Sequence record: NC_100371.1
Origin: a phage
Length of the DNA stretch: 64,000 nucleotides
Direction: 5' to 3' (one strand)
The notes under the pieces were generated by a model. The model was not told the DNA's origin. It searched no databases and saw only the letters and a program-made list of their open reading frames with translations. The first letter of the stretch is position 1, and each line of letters begins with the position of its first letter. The translations under genes and the position numbers were made by a program. Positions 27,271 through 36,863 of the stretch are shown here, in pieces.

Positions 27271-27746
27271 ATATGGACTACAGCTACTGCGGAGAAGAAG
27301 TACCTTTTAACTACAGCAATCTCACCACGAGCAATCCATATGAGACTCGTCACGGCACGCATATCATTGCTATTGACTTTGATGGAACGTTTAATGCGAG
27401 CCCTTTCATCTTCTCCCGCCTTATTAAGGACCTGAAGAAGGAGGGGTGGACAGTCTATCTTGTGACTTTCCGATTCATCACTCAAGACAACGTGGACATC
27501 GAATACTGGCGCAAGGAGCTCGATGTTGGAGTGTTTTATACTGGAGGCGTTCAGAAGGCCGCTTATCTGGCGCAGTTTGATATCTACCCAGACATCTGGG
27601 TTGATGATTCTCCAGCTTGCATTCCGGCTAAGAATCAGTTAGAGTTTGCAATGAAGGAGATTGAGTATAAGTCTGACGCTAAGCGTAACGGATGGCCCTT
27701 TATTATTGAAGATTACCCAGATCCTGAACCGGAGAAAGAACCATGA
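27267..27746 (+). CDS. HAD-superfamily phosphatase (possible nucleotidase)
   Basis: HAD motif I IIAIDFDGT and C-terminal acidic motif IWVDDSP. Confidence 0.6.
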   Translation: MNMDYSYCGEEVPFNYSNLTTSNPYETRHGTHIIAIDFDGTFNASPFIFSRLIKDLKKEGWTVYLVTFRFITQDNVDIEYWRKELDVGVFYTGGVQKAAYLAQFDIYPDIWVDDSPACIPAKNQLEFAMKEIEYKSDAKRNGWPFIIEDYPDPEPEKEP

Positions 27747-27913
27747 AACGAAGATACCATTACGTGATGTGGAAGTTATATCATGGTGCTGCTAAGGCTT
27801 ATCGAGCCGTGTTTGGTAATGACAATCACTGCATTATGTTACACCTTACATCCATTGAGCATCACAATGAGTGGATTCGTGAAATCGTAATAGGTGACAA
27901 AGACTTTAAGTAA
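27743..27913 (+). CDS. hypothetical small protein (56 aa), below the ORF-track length cutoff
   Basis: Manual translation MKRRYHYVMWKLYHGAAKAYRAVFGNDNHCIMLHLTSIEHHNEWIREIVIGDKDFK; ATGA overlap with HAD gene stop; GGAGA RBS ~7 nt upstream. Confidence 0.4.
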   Translation: MKRRYHYVMWKLYHGAAKAYRAVFGNDNHCIMLHLTSIEHHNEWIREIVIGDKDFK

Positions 27914-27943
27914 AGTATGGCTTTCTAGATGGAGACTGACTAA

Positions 27944-28324
27944 ATGTGCAAGTGTAAATCTTATAATTGGAAAGTGAAAGGTGCCAAGCATCCAAATGTT
28001 ATCGTTGATGTGCCTAAAAAGCTCCGTGACGGCAAAAAACGTGTGTGCCTTGATAAGTGCATGGCTAAACCTATCATGAGTCTATGGGCGGCAGGATTGA
28101 AAACTCTAAACTGCTGCTGTGGTCATAACAAAGATGTTCCAAGCATCATTATCCCAGAGGATGCAGACCCTAAAGCTTATGCCAAAATACTGACTCGCTA
28201 CCCCAGCACCTTTCTGATCGGAAAATGGTGTCACGATGAACTTCAATGGTGGATAGCGTACGGTAGTGTAGGTGCTGCTTTTGGCTTCCCAGCTTTGTCA
28301 GAGCGCTACGTCAAATCGTCATAA
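27944..28324 (+). CDS. Cys-rich hypothetical protein (126 aa)
   Basis: Cysteine clusters CKC...C...C and NCCCGH; GGAG RBS. Confidence 0.5.
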   Translation: MCKCKSYNWKVKGAKHPNVIVDVPKKLRDGKKRVCLDKCMAKPIMSLWAAGLKTLNCCCGHNKDVPSIIIPEDADPKAYAKILTRYPSTFLIGKWCHDELQWWIAYGSVGAAFGFPALSERYVKSS

Positions 28325-28428
28325 TCTGTTTTAAGGCCTCAAACGAGGCCTGTGCCTTCATAAACTGCCTACCTCTGTGTGATTACCTCTCTAAATAAAA
28401 TACCCTCTCAAATTGCTTAAAATTAAGC

Positions 28429-28457
28429 TTGACATCAACACCAGATTTATATATGAT
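28429..28457 (+). promoter_or_regulatory. sigma70-type promoter (-35 TTGACA, 17-nt spacer, -10 TATGAT)
   Basis: TTGACA 28429-28434, TATGAT 28452-28457, ~30 nt upstream of ATG 28488; preceded by hairpin AGGCCTC-AAAC-GAGGCCT (28331-28350). Confidence 0.55.
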
Positions 28458-28487
28458 TATCTCATCAACCAAGCAGAGGAGATTGTC

Positions 28488-28895
28488 ATGGATAATCTTG
28501 CAAGTGTGAACGTCGAAATTGTTAAACTAAAGTTCTTGGGCTTTCGAGACCCTAATTCTCTAACAGCTATACTGATGGATACCCACTTCACACCTGGGAA
28601 AGAGTACACTGCCTTCCGTTATATTTGTGGAGATCACGAATCGGCCTATAGTGTGAATACAAACCTCGGCGAGGGGTATTTCATCAAAGATATCACAGAT
28701 CACTTGTGGGGTATGTGGGAATTGGTGGAAGAAGAGAATAAATCCCTTCCCAAAGAGATTTGGGTGCACACCTTCCACACAGGTAAGTTCGGAGGTACGG
28801 AACATAAGTCTATCCACTATGAAGAAGAAAGTGCCATCAAACAACAAGCTGTGCTTGGTGGATCTGTAGAAAAATTTGTTAAATGCGAGGACTGA
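28488..28895 (+). CDS. hypothetical protein (135 aa)
   Basis: ORF track 28413..28895; ATG 28488 preferred (GAGGAG RBS, downstream of promoter). Confidence 0.5.
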   Translation: MDNLASVNVEIVKLKFLGFRDPNSLTAILMDTHFTPGKEYTAFRYICGDHESAYSVNTNLGEGYFIKDITDHLWGMWELVEEENKSLPKEIWVHTFHTGKFGGTEHKSIHYEEESAIKQQAVLGGSVEKFVKCED

Positions 28896-28898
28896 GAA

Positions 28899-29099
28899 AT
28901 GGCTGATTTTTGTAAAGATTGCTCTGAAGAGTTGTTTGGCTTTGACTGCAAAGATTTGGAAGGTCTGATCACTGAGGATCAGTGGAAGGAAGGCTATGCA
29001 GCACCTGTTATTTGTGAAGGTTGTGGCTATACCTATGTTGACCATAAAGGTAAGCGCGTCAAGCCGTCTGAAGATGGGGCATGTTGGGAGTATTACTAA
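28899..29099 (+). CDS. small zinc-ribbon-like Cys-rich protein (66 aa)
   Basis: CKDC ... CEGCG cysteine pairs. Confidence 0.45.
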   Translation: MADFCKDCSEELFGFDCKDLEGLITEDQWKEGYAAPVICEGCGYTYVDHKGKRVKPSEDGACWEYY

Positions 29100-29112
29100 C
29101 TATAAAAAGAAA

Positions 29113-29137
29113 GGGGCCATTTGGCCCCCCTTTTTTA
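29113..29137. terminator. bidirectional intrinsic terminator between convergent operons
   Basis: GGGGCC-ATTT-GGCCCC hairpin flanked by an A-run upstream and a T-run (TTTTTT) downstream. Confidence 0.7.
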
Positions 29138-29148
29138 TCTACTACTTG

Positions 29149-32100
29149 TTAAAGAGAGAAAGTCGCGTAGGCTCCCAGACGATACTGCTGGTCACCAGGG
29201 AACATAACACCTATAGAGGCTGTCCCTAGAATCCTGCCTTCCTTTCCAGACTCCATTCTGAACCCTACCCATCCTGAACTCCTTGCAGCCTCGATGTTGT
29301 CGCTATACCCGAAAGTGGCAAGATCGTCAACACCAGCCCCAAACAGCAACTGAAGCTGACTTCTCGGAAGCCCTATAATTTCAGGAATATATGCACCAAA
29401 GTACACCATCTGCCCTACCTTAGGACCGCTGCCGTACTCCATCGGCTTGCTTGTAGCAAAAGTCTTCATACCAGAAGTCCCTGCCGGATTAGGGTATGCC
29501 CCGTTTGTTGCTGTACCTATCCACATTCTCCACTGTGGTGTCATCTGTTTGACAGTAAAAGATGTTGAAGACGTTTTGCGACCTGCATCATCAGTAGCTA
29601 CAAACTTTATAGTGACATTACCAGGAGCTTTAAATGTTACCAGCCCTGTGGTAGCATACACTGTTGCAATGTTGGTATTACTGCTTTCCCAAGTCTTTCT
29701 AATCCCAGACACATTGGAAGGGGTAATAGAAGGTTCCTGCATCTGCAGTTTACCACCCACAATCCCTATGCCGTTACCTGGGTTATACAACGCACCAACT
29801 TCATCTATAATGTTACCTGCCTTGAGACTGTACTTCCTTGAGAAGTTGTAAGTTCCGTTATAAGCGTGTGTCCCTGAGAAGGTGACATCTGCTTTTCCGT
29901 AAGAGATGCAAACCAAAGCATACTTCCTGTCAGGCAACGTTTCTCCAGTCTCTGGGTGAGTTTTACCTACCTGGAACACACTCGGGTCAGTGGAGTCGTG
30001 GCTATCACTAACGGAGCTTGGACCACCCATCAGTTGTGACAAGCAATTCCTTACCCATGTCCAGTTATTGTCACTGGAGAAGTCTACGGTCAAATCAAAC
30101 ACAACCCACTCATTTGGCTTCCACACAGGTGTTGTGATCAACTTACCAACACCCCCACCCTGAAGAGTAGGAGATTGTTCAGTGATCAGGGCAGAGTATG
30201 CCAGAGTGCCCAACTGCATAGTCTGGCTTGCTGTCCTCACTACCTTAGAATCAGCATCTGTGAAGTTGTTGATGATCTGGAATGTGCCATAAGTGTTTTT
30301 ACAGGTAATTCTGGCGTTCAGTGTGTCAATCTTCCTCACATCTGCCATAGCAGTGTTAGACACAGAGAAGTCAGAAGCTTTAGCTGAGTTTGCCGCAACA
30401 GCAGGATCAACGTTAAGAGTTGCGTTGAACTGACAAGCAGGGGTAACCAGCAGCTTGTTATCACCTATTTGCTTCCATGAAACACTTTGAACAGGGAGAT
30501 TCCATTTAATACCTGAGAAAACTTTAGCAACCCTTGGTCCCAGGGCTCCAGTCCTGTTGTCTTTACAGCACATGGACATGGTGATCGTTGACGGAGTTGC
30601 CTGACCAAACAATTGCTGTGCTTTTGCAGAGGACATAGTGTAGAAATTGTCCTTAACAAACTCATCAGCCGCTAACGATCCGTCAGATCTCCACCATTGT
30701 ACCTGGTATCCTGTCTTATCCCAGCCACCAACCTGCTTCAAGTCCTCCCAAGAGATTTCCAGATCCCCAGTGGTAGGGTTGATTGCCGCAGTTCCTGGTG
30801 TTCCAGATGACCATATTGGGATATCGAACCACGCTGGTTTAACAGACTGCACTGCGTTAGGTCCTATTGCAGCAGCAAGTTGTTGACCCATCAATACGCG
30901 AGCATCTTTCACCAGGCCCCACTCAATCATAGATCCAGAGTAACCCTCTTTCTTATATGCAGAGGACCCGTTCAAATGGATGAGCCTGCTGCAGTCGAAG
31001 CCATACGCTCCACCACCATTAGGGTCTGCGAAGTTAGTTATGATTCTATCCCTAATATTTTTCCATGCCCTACCCCCAATCTCGTAGTCATGGTCATAAC
31101 ATCTTTGCAGCGTTGTCCAGCAAATGATTGCCATTCTTCTGCCACCTGTAAACCCGAAAGCGCCGTCATTCAACTCTTTCCACAGGTAGCAGTTAGTTGT
31201 CCACATAGCTCTGTGAATGTTGAACCAGTTTATGGACTTGGCTGAGTTATCCCACTGAGTCCCAGGTAATTCAGGCCACACTGCATTAACCAGCATGTCT
31301 TCTGTTCCTGCATCAACCAAGAACCCTCTTACCTTTTTACCCATGCCTACCCTGTCTTTTGCAATCCAACTGCCAAACAATCTCAGTTTTGGACCGTAAA
31401 CAACATCTTCCGGATGCTCAAAAGAGACATACTTTAAGTAGATTGTTGGGTCACCGTAGGTGCCATCACAAACACTTTTGTGCATGTTTTCGCCAAGATC
31501 TAGACGAAGCCCTGTCACCACTTTAGACGTGTCAGTGAATTTGTCTGTTAAATCAAATTCATACCACCACCATCCACCACCAAGCATAAATTTCTTGCAT
31601 CGAGTATTGTCTGTATCAGATATTCTCTTATCCCCTGCAAAAGGTGAATCAGCAAACTGATAATGCAGAGCAGTCTCGAATAGATGTGTTGAGGTTCCGT
31701 TTTCTGCAAGAACTTGCTTACCTATTAAGTCGCACTTAATGATCATCACAACACGTTTGTACCCGTTTGTTACTGGAACTTGCATAGATATGGATGTTCC
31801 GTCCATGTTCGATCTTAGTGCTGTCATGATGATATATGGGTCAACAGCGTTGCCTAAAGTTTCAGGCCCTGGGATTATCTTGTACTTCTTAACCTGCCCC
31901 ATGAACCTGTCACTGGCGTAAGTTGCAGCCTCAAAGCAAGATCCTCCATTAGGCAGTTCGCCAGGACCCCAGAAAAATGCGCCATAACAGTTATAAAACC
32001 ACTTGTTAGGGTCGTATTTGTTCTTGAAGGTCTGAACCTCGTTAGCCTGTTTTGTCAAGAAAACCTGCGTATCTGTAAAGATTGCAGGATTTACTCTCGC

Positions 32101-32883
32101 CTGACGTTGAGGGTACCCTGTCGATTGGTTAAACCACTGATTACAAGAGTAATCTCTCATATAGTCATAATCAGAGTATTTGTTTGCATCTTCGTTCCAA
32201 CACATATTTAGGTTGGTACCGCCCATGCACACAATGTATTCTGCGATATACTTATCGCTTCTGGTAGGAATACCTATGAACCATCTATTAACAGGCTCAT
32301 CCCAAGCTGTGCGCTCATCTTTAACGCAGATAGCAATCCAGTCATGTGTTCCTGTTTTCTTGCATACATCTCGCTTCATACCGTAGTAGAACTCTTTAGT
32401 ATTCGGCTCAGGTGCATTTATCAGGTAACTCCATGCCTGATTTGCATAAGTTCCATTGGTTCGCGGGTCATGATCAAAGGCATACATGATGATCCTTTCC
32501 CCACCAAGATGTTCGCCAAGAGTAACTTTGACATTCACATCGCCGTAACCATTGCGAACAACATCCATATTATCAATAGAGATGCCCCTAGGGGTGTAGG
32601 CAATTTTCAGAGAGCTATCTTCACTGGTGCCTCCAAGTGTAATCCCTATGTTGTTTGTTGTCCCGTCGGCATATCTTACTGTGGCTTCCCAGCGTATTCC
32701 GAAATATCCTGCATCATGGCTGACAATTTTCAGTGTACGAGCACCTGGGTGAGGTTTTCCAGGATCAGGCCAAGGGTCTGGGTGTTCGTGGACAGTCAAC
32801 GACGTTCCGTTTTGCTCGTTAACCTGCAACATTTTACCGCCTCTGCCGTTAGGGTTGAACTCCCATACGGCCTGTGTCTGCAC
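29149..32883 (-). CDS. large virion-associated protein with C-terminal Big_2-like Ig domain (putative distal fibre/adhesin)
   Basis: 1244 aa; last gene of the tail operon. Ig-like Big_2-type segment (ITPSNVSGIRKTWESSNTNIATVYATTGLVTFKAPGNVTIKFVATDDAGRKTSSTSFTV). Confidence 0.55.
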   Translation of the reverse strand: MQTQAVWEFNPNGRGGKMLQVNEQNGTSLTVHEHPDPWPDPGKPHPGARTLKIVSHDAGYFGIRWEATVRYADGTTNNIGITLGGTSEDSSLKIAYTPRGISIDNMDVVRNGYGDVNVKVTLGEHLGGERIIMYAFDHDPRTNGTYANQAWSYLINAPEPNTKEFYYGMKRDVCKKTGTHDWIAICVKDERTAWDEPVNRWFIGIPTRSDKYIAEYIVCMGGTNLNMCWNEDANKYSDYDYMRDYSCNQWFNQSTGYPQRQARVNPAIFTDTQVFLTKQANEVQTFKNKYDPNKWFYNCYGAFFWGPGELPNGGSCFEAATYASDRFMGQVKKYKIIPGPETLGNAVDPYIIMTALRSNMDGTSISMQVPVTNGYKRVVMIIKCDLIGKQVLAENGTSTHLFETALHYQFADSPFAGDKRISDTDNTRCKKFMLGGGWWWYEFDLTDKFTDTSKVVTGLRLDLGENMHKSVCDGTYGDPTIYLKYVSFEHPEDVVYGPKLRLFGSWIAKDRVGMGKKVRGFLVDAGTEDMLVNAVWPELPGTQWDNSAKSINWFNIHRAMWTTNCYLWKELNDGAFGFTGGRRMAIICWTTLQRCYDHDYEIGGRAWKNIRDRIITNFADPNGGGAYGFDCSRLIHLNGSSAYKKEGYSGSMIEWGLVKDARVLMGQQLAAAIGPNAVQSVKPAWFDIPIWSSGTPGTAAINPTTGDLEISWEDLKQVGGWDKTGYQVQWWRSDGSLAADEFVKDNFYTMSSAKAQQLFGQATPSTITMSMCCKDNRTGALGPRVAKVFSGIKWNLPVQSVSWKQIGDNKLLVTPACQFNATLNVDPAVAANSAKASDFSVSNTAMADVRKIDTLNARITCKNTYGTFQIINNFTDADSKVVRTASQTMQLGTLAYSALITEQSPTLQGGGVGKLITTPVWKPNEWVVFDLTVDFSSDNNWTWVRNCLSQLMGGPSSVSDSHDSTDPSVFQVGKTHPETGETLPDRKYALVCISYGKADVTFSGTHAYNGTYNFSRKYSLKAGNIIDEVGALYNPGNGIGIVGGKLQMQEPSITPSNVSGIRKTWESSNTNIATVYATTGLVTFKAPGNVTIKFVATDDAGRKTSSTSFTVKQMTPQWRMWIGTATNGAYPNPAGTSGMKTFATSKPMEYGSGPKVGQMVYFGAYIPEIIGLPRSQLQLLFGAGVDDLATFGYSDNIEAARSSGWVGFRMESGKEGRILGTASIGVMFPGDQQYRLGAYATFSL

Positions 32884-32934
32884 TAAGTTGTTGTAGGTAT
32901 TTCGTCTCTGATCATAAATCTCTTGGGTAACATC

Positions 32935-34785
32935 CTAGGTGACTGATCCAGCATCCATTCTGTGGAGTCGGACCATATACGATGTATCTCCTTCTACCGC
33001 AGGCTGAGTCCCATTCAGCCCGAAGTATACAGTATCGTTAACATGGAACTGCTTGTTTCTACCAACGGTATGCCACTTACCGTCAGAAGGATACGCAGGA
33101 ACTATGGTGTTCCAGTTCAAAGTCCTTGTCGTGTGAGTTCTTCCTGTGCCATGTTTGTCATGATAGGTTATTTTTACAGAGTACAGGCCACGTCTGTTAA
33201 CATTCCTGTTATACTGAGTAACAACAACTTCGTTGGCCCCGCCGTGGTTCCAGTTGGTGGAGAATTGGTAATTTGCATCTGTAACAACCGTACCCGCAGC
33301 ATTTACCAGTTCAATCTTGTCAATAATGAACGTAGCCCCCTCTGGCTGAGGCTTCAATTTCATCTTGACCGTGTCACCAATGTAAATATTGCTAACACTG
33401 CTAACACCGTTAACGTCAAAAATATCATCAACACCCCAACTGTCTACTGGGACATTTTTATACCAATTCTCAGGAACCTCTGTGAACCCCTGACTATTAA
33501 GTCTTCCGCCAAACAGGTTGTTAGAGCCTGCAAAACTTCCCCTTGGGATGCCTGACCACCAAAGTTTACCATTAACAACAGTAAAGGTACCTAAAAAACC
33601 TTCTCTGTGAATGCCCTGGAAATAAACACTCTCTGTCCAGCTAACTGGGAGGCGTTGCTCAACGTATTTGGCTGTGGCAAGAGCTTGATAGTGGATAAAA
33701 TTGGCCCTAGGGTTATTGTTTGCAGATTGTGCGCCAATATCATTACATAAGTTGCGAGAGAATCCGCGATACTGCTTAGTGCCATTATTGAAGAAAATGC
33801 CACTTGTTCCGTACCCACGAGCCATTATTACTTCATGGGTGTAGGTAATATTTAAGGAACGCCATGTATCATCTCCCCAGACATCTTGCCCGTAGAATAC
33901 GTTAACAAGCTGCTGATCATTAGGCTTGTGCATCCTCTGCGTTGCAATTATCGCCCCGTTCGGACCACACATGAATCCTTTCCACTCCTCATCTGCAGGA
34001 ATGCCTTTCAAATCGTTGCGAGTAATCTGAGCAGGGGGCCAAACAAGGTCGTTTCTACTGTTGTTTCTCAGAAAGTCGTATCCAGCAATCCAAAAACCTC
34101 TGGGCCCACCGAAAATAACAGAGTTGTCATGCACCTCGCAGTTGATACTTGGGTTTTTCCAAGGGCCTGTTTCAGGATTTTCCGATGTTTCACCAATCTT
34201 TACAGGGGTTGCATGCTGGTTCTTATCTACATGTAAAGATCCGTAGGTGTTGTTACCAGACCCGTACAGGTGTAAAATGCCGTCACCCTCAGCCTCTGCC
34301 ATAACCCAAACAGTGTTGTTAATACCGCCCATTACCTCGATAAGGCGCTCTGGGTGGGTGTCAAGGTGCAATCCTTGAACAATCTGTTCCGGAAGAGGTG
34401 TCCACTCGTTTACGCAAACATCGTTACCACCTGCCGCAGTGGATCCGATAAGACCTGCAGTGCAGCCGATGTAGAAAAACTGGTTATCAAAAGTCCGGAT
34501 CACAAACGCACGGTCTGCTCTCCACACATGATCAACATTCCAGGCCGTCTCGCTCGGGTAGTTTATAGGGTTACGATCCCCAGTGCGACACTCCCCGAAC
34601 TTGTTATAGCCAGTAATATTAAGCTGACCATCGTCAAAAAGTATAGCTAAGCTATTTACATAAGCTACTGTAGTGCTTGTACCGTCACTGTTGTCTATTG
34701 GGTATGACAGAACAGCAAGTTCCTTAACTCCACCCCTCTTATCGAGGAAATGACGACCAAGTTTTAGCAAAGGGATTGGAAGCAT
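32935..34785 (-). CDS. putative tail fibre / receptor-binding protein
   Basis: 616 aa, Gly/Asn-rich beta-type sequence; located in fibre cluster. Confidence 0.45.
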   Translation of the reverse strand: MLPIPLLKLGRHFLDKRGGVKELAVLSYPIDNSDGTSTTVAYVNSLAILFDDGQLNITGYNKFGECRTGDRNPINYPSETAWNVDHVWRADRAFVIRTFDNQFFYIGCTAGLIGSTAAGGNDVCVNEWTPLPEQIVQGLHLDTHPERLIEVMGGINNTVWVMAEAEGDGILHLYGSGNNTYGSLHVDKNQHATPVKIGETSENPETGPWKNPSINCEVHDNSVIFGGPRGFWIAGYDFLRNNSRNDLVWPPAQITRNDLKGIPADEEWKGFMCGPNGAIIATQRMHKPNDQQLVNVFYGQDVWGDDTWRSLNITYTHEVIMARGYGTSGIFFNNGTKQYRGFSRNLCNDIGAQSANNNPRANFIHYQALATAKYVEQRLPVSWTESVYFQGIHREGFLGTFTVVNGKLWWSGIPRGSFAGSNNLFGGRLNSQGFTEVPENWYKNVPVDSWGVDDIFDVNGVSSVSNIYIGDTVKMKLKPQPEGATFIIDKIELVNAAGTVVTDANYQFSTNWNHGGANEVVVTQYNRNVNRRGLYSVKITYHDKHGTGRTHTTRTLNWNTIVPAYPSDGKWHTVGRNKQFHVNDTVYFGLNGTQPAVEGDTSYMVRLHRMDAGSVT

Positions 34786-34833
34786 TGTGTTCTCCAGATA
34801 AGAAAACCGCCCCGTCAGGAGCGGTCAGATATA

Positions 34834-36579
34834 TTAACGTTGTGCAATAACCACATCCACAATATCACCAACACCACAATATGTCAATTGTAGCAAGGTG
34901 ACACTGTTGGCTTTGTTGTTAATAACAGGAGTAGCCGACAGTATGGCATATTTATCGTGTAAAGTCACGTTGTGGCCTACAGCATCCTGAATGACATAGA
35001 TGATTGCAGTGAACGGGTAAGGTTTATCTTCAGCCGATGTTCCAGGCCATTGCCCTATTGTAAAATCCCCTTTCGCGTGGACAACATACATATTGGCCTG
35101 CCCGTTAGGTGTCCATGTCCCACTAGATGCGTCAGCCTCCTCTAAGTCAAACTCCACCTTCCCTGCATGGAAAGCAGGGGCAGTAATAGTTTTACCAGCT
35201 TCAATTTCTTGAGAGGTGGTTATCTTGCCACTAGAGTTAATGCCATTACAGACAAAGTTGACATTAGAGAAGTCTGGCAGCCACCCAGTCACTGTACCTG
35301 ATATTTCAAGGTTGTGAAGGTGGGTGGTGCCAGTCCCTGCTGCGTTTAAACTAACATCTCCATTTACCTGCAAGTTTCTGGTAACGTTGCAGTTTTCAGA
35401 GTTTGCAGTTGTTGCAGTTAAAGTGGTGGTTGTCAGCTCGGTAATTACACCTTTGTTGGCTGTAAGTCCTTCTCCTTCAAAAGTGGCACGCTCATTCACC
35501 CTCAGAGTATTTAAAGATATGTTCTGGACAGATGCTGTGCCACGAATGACTATAGATCCTCCAACCTCTAAATCTCCATTGATCAGTGCATCTCCCGTGC
35601 TTTCAATATAGCTAGGGTAGATCATGGTGCCATCTACAGAGTAGGTTATCCCTGTAACGGTGCCTGTCACCTCAAGGTTCTTAACCCTAGTGGTCCCATC
35701 AACCTGCAATGTCGGTTCGGTGGCTGCCTTCATGGCATTACCGCGAATGTACACGTAGTCAAAAAAGTTATTACCTAGACCATCAAAATGCACATCGTTG
35801 TTATTAGCCACTGGTTTCCCAGAAGTTATAGTGTCAGCTATAACTCTGTGAGTTGATACTTCATGAGGTTGCAGCTCTGTGCTCCTCCAGTCTGCATGCT
35901 TAGGATCGCTCCACGCAAAAGTCAGTGTAGAAGTATTTGCCGTAAGGATTAGGTTCCTGAAGCGTGCAGTAGAATCTGCTCCATTAACAGGTCCGTGTAA
36001 GGTAAGGGTACCCCCAACTATAGTGTTAGCAAGTTCTGTAAGACCTTTTACCACCAAAGATCCTACAGTAACTTTCATCCCCTCCATGGCTTTAAATATG
36101 CTATCCACATAGTCAACAACAAACTCTGTGTTTGCTATAGACTCGGACTTATCATCCATTGGAGGTGTAGGTACTCTCGGGTCACCTTCGAACCTTGGGC
36201 TGTTAAGTTTTGCGTAGTATTTTGCCATTACTGCAGAGTCGGTGTATAATCTCCAGTTCGGAGATTGTGAAGGATCTGCTGGCATCCTAACCGGGTTAGA
36301 TTTTGACGCTGCTGGAGCGTACCACCACTGAGGGCCTGTATCTCCTTTAAACTCATACAGCTGGTTAAAAACTGTTGTGGATGCACCATACGCCCAAGGG
36401 ATCGGTGGCGTTTTAAAATAAAGGTTGTCAAGCATGGCTTTTCGTACCGTAGGGATAGTGGTCCCATCCTCTACGACAACTTCATCCACAGCGTTACCGT
36501 TGACAACCAAGTGCAAACGTTCAGAATCAACAATTACTTGATCTACCGCCTGCTCGAAGCTTGTCATGTCTTGCGCCAT
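34834..36579 (-). CDS. putative tail fibre protein (beta-helix-like repeats)
   Basis: 581 aa; repetitive Thr/Gly/Asn-rich segments (NLEVTGTVTGITY, LEVGGSIVIRGTASVQNISL). Confidence 0.5.
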   Translation of the reverse strand: MAQDMTSFEQAVDQVIVDSERLHLVVNGNAVDEVVVEDGTTIPTVRKAMLDNLYFKTPPIPWAYGASTTVFNQLYEFKGDTGPQWWYAPAASKSNPVRMPADPSQSPNWRLYTDSAVMAKYYAKLNSPRFEGDPRVPTPPMDDKSESIANTEFVVDYVDSIFKAMEGMKVTVGSLVVKGLTELANTIVGGTLTLHGPVNGADSTARFRNLILTANTSTLTFAWSDPKHADWRSTELQPHEVSTHRVIADTITSGKPVANNNDVHFDGLGNNFFDYVYIRGNAMKAATEPTLQVDGTTRVKNLEVTGTVTGITYSVDGTMIYPSYIESTGDALINGDLEVGGSIVIRGTASVQNISLNTLRVNERATFEGEGLTANKGVITELTTTTLTATTANSENCNVTRNLQVNGDVSLNAAGTGTTHLHNLEISGTVTGWLPDFSNVNFVCNGINSSGKITTSQEIEAGKTITAPAFHAGKVEFDLEEADASSGTWTPNGQANMYVVHAKGDFTIGQWPGTSAEDKPYPFTAIIYVIQDAVGHNVTLHDKYAILSATPVINNKANSVTLLQLTYCGVGDIVDVVIAQR

Positions 36580-36588
36580 GATTTCTCC

Positions 36589-36780
36589 TTAAGCTTTTTG
36601 CTCTTCGTTTTTAACGTGGTCAGGGTGCTGGCAACCCCACCGGAGCGAGATGAATTTGCTAATAAGCTGGGGGCAGGCTACTGAAGGTGCGTATATCCAC
36701 GCATACCATTCAGGAAGCGTATCATTGTACCCCATATGAATAAACACCCCAGTCATCACTGCCATGCCTATGTAGACCAT
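36589..36780 (-). CDS. questionable small ORF (63 aa) with hydrophobic N-terminus
   Basis: Only ORF in a 284-bp gap; no convincing RBS. Confidence 0.2.
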   Translation of the reverse strand: MVYIGMAVMTGVFIHMGYNDTLPEWYAWIYAPSVACPQLISKFISLRWGCQHPDHVKNEEQKA

Positions 36781-36863
36781 AGCTTAGATTGGGACACTTT
36801 CGTAGGGTCATCCGATGCCGCAACCAACCCCCATAAAAACTGAGTTAATTTCATTTACCCTCT

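Noticed and set aside
32344-33555. Plus-strand ORFs 32344..32886 and 32962..33555 in the fibre region
   Set aside because: Antisense to large minus-strand fibre genes; every plus-strand ORF in 29149-63920 is treated as a shadow ORF.
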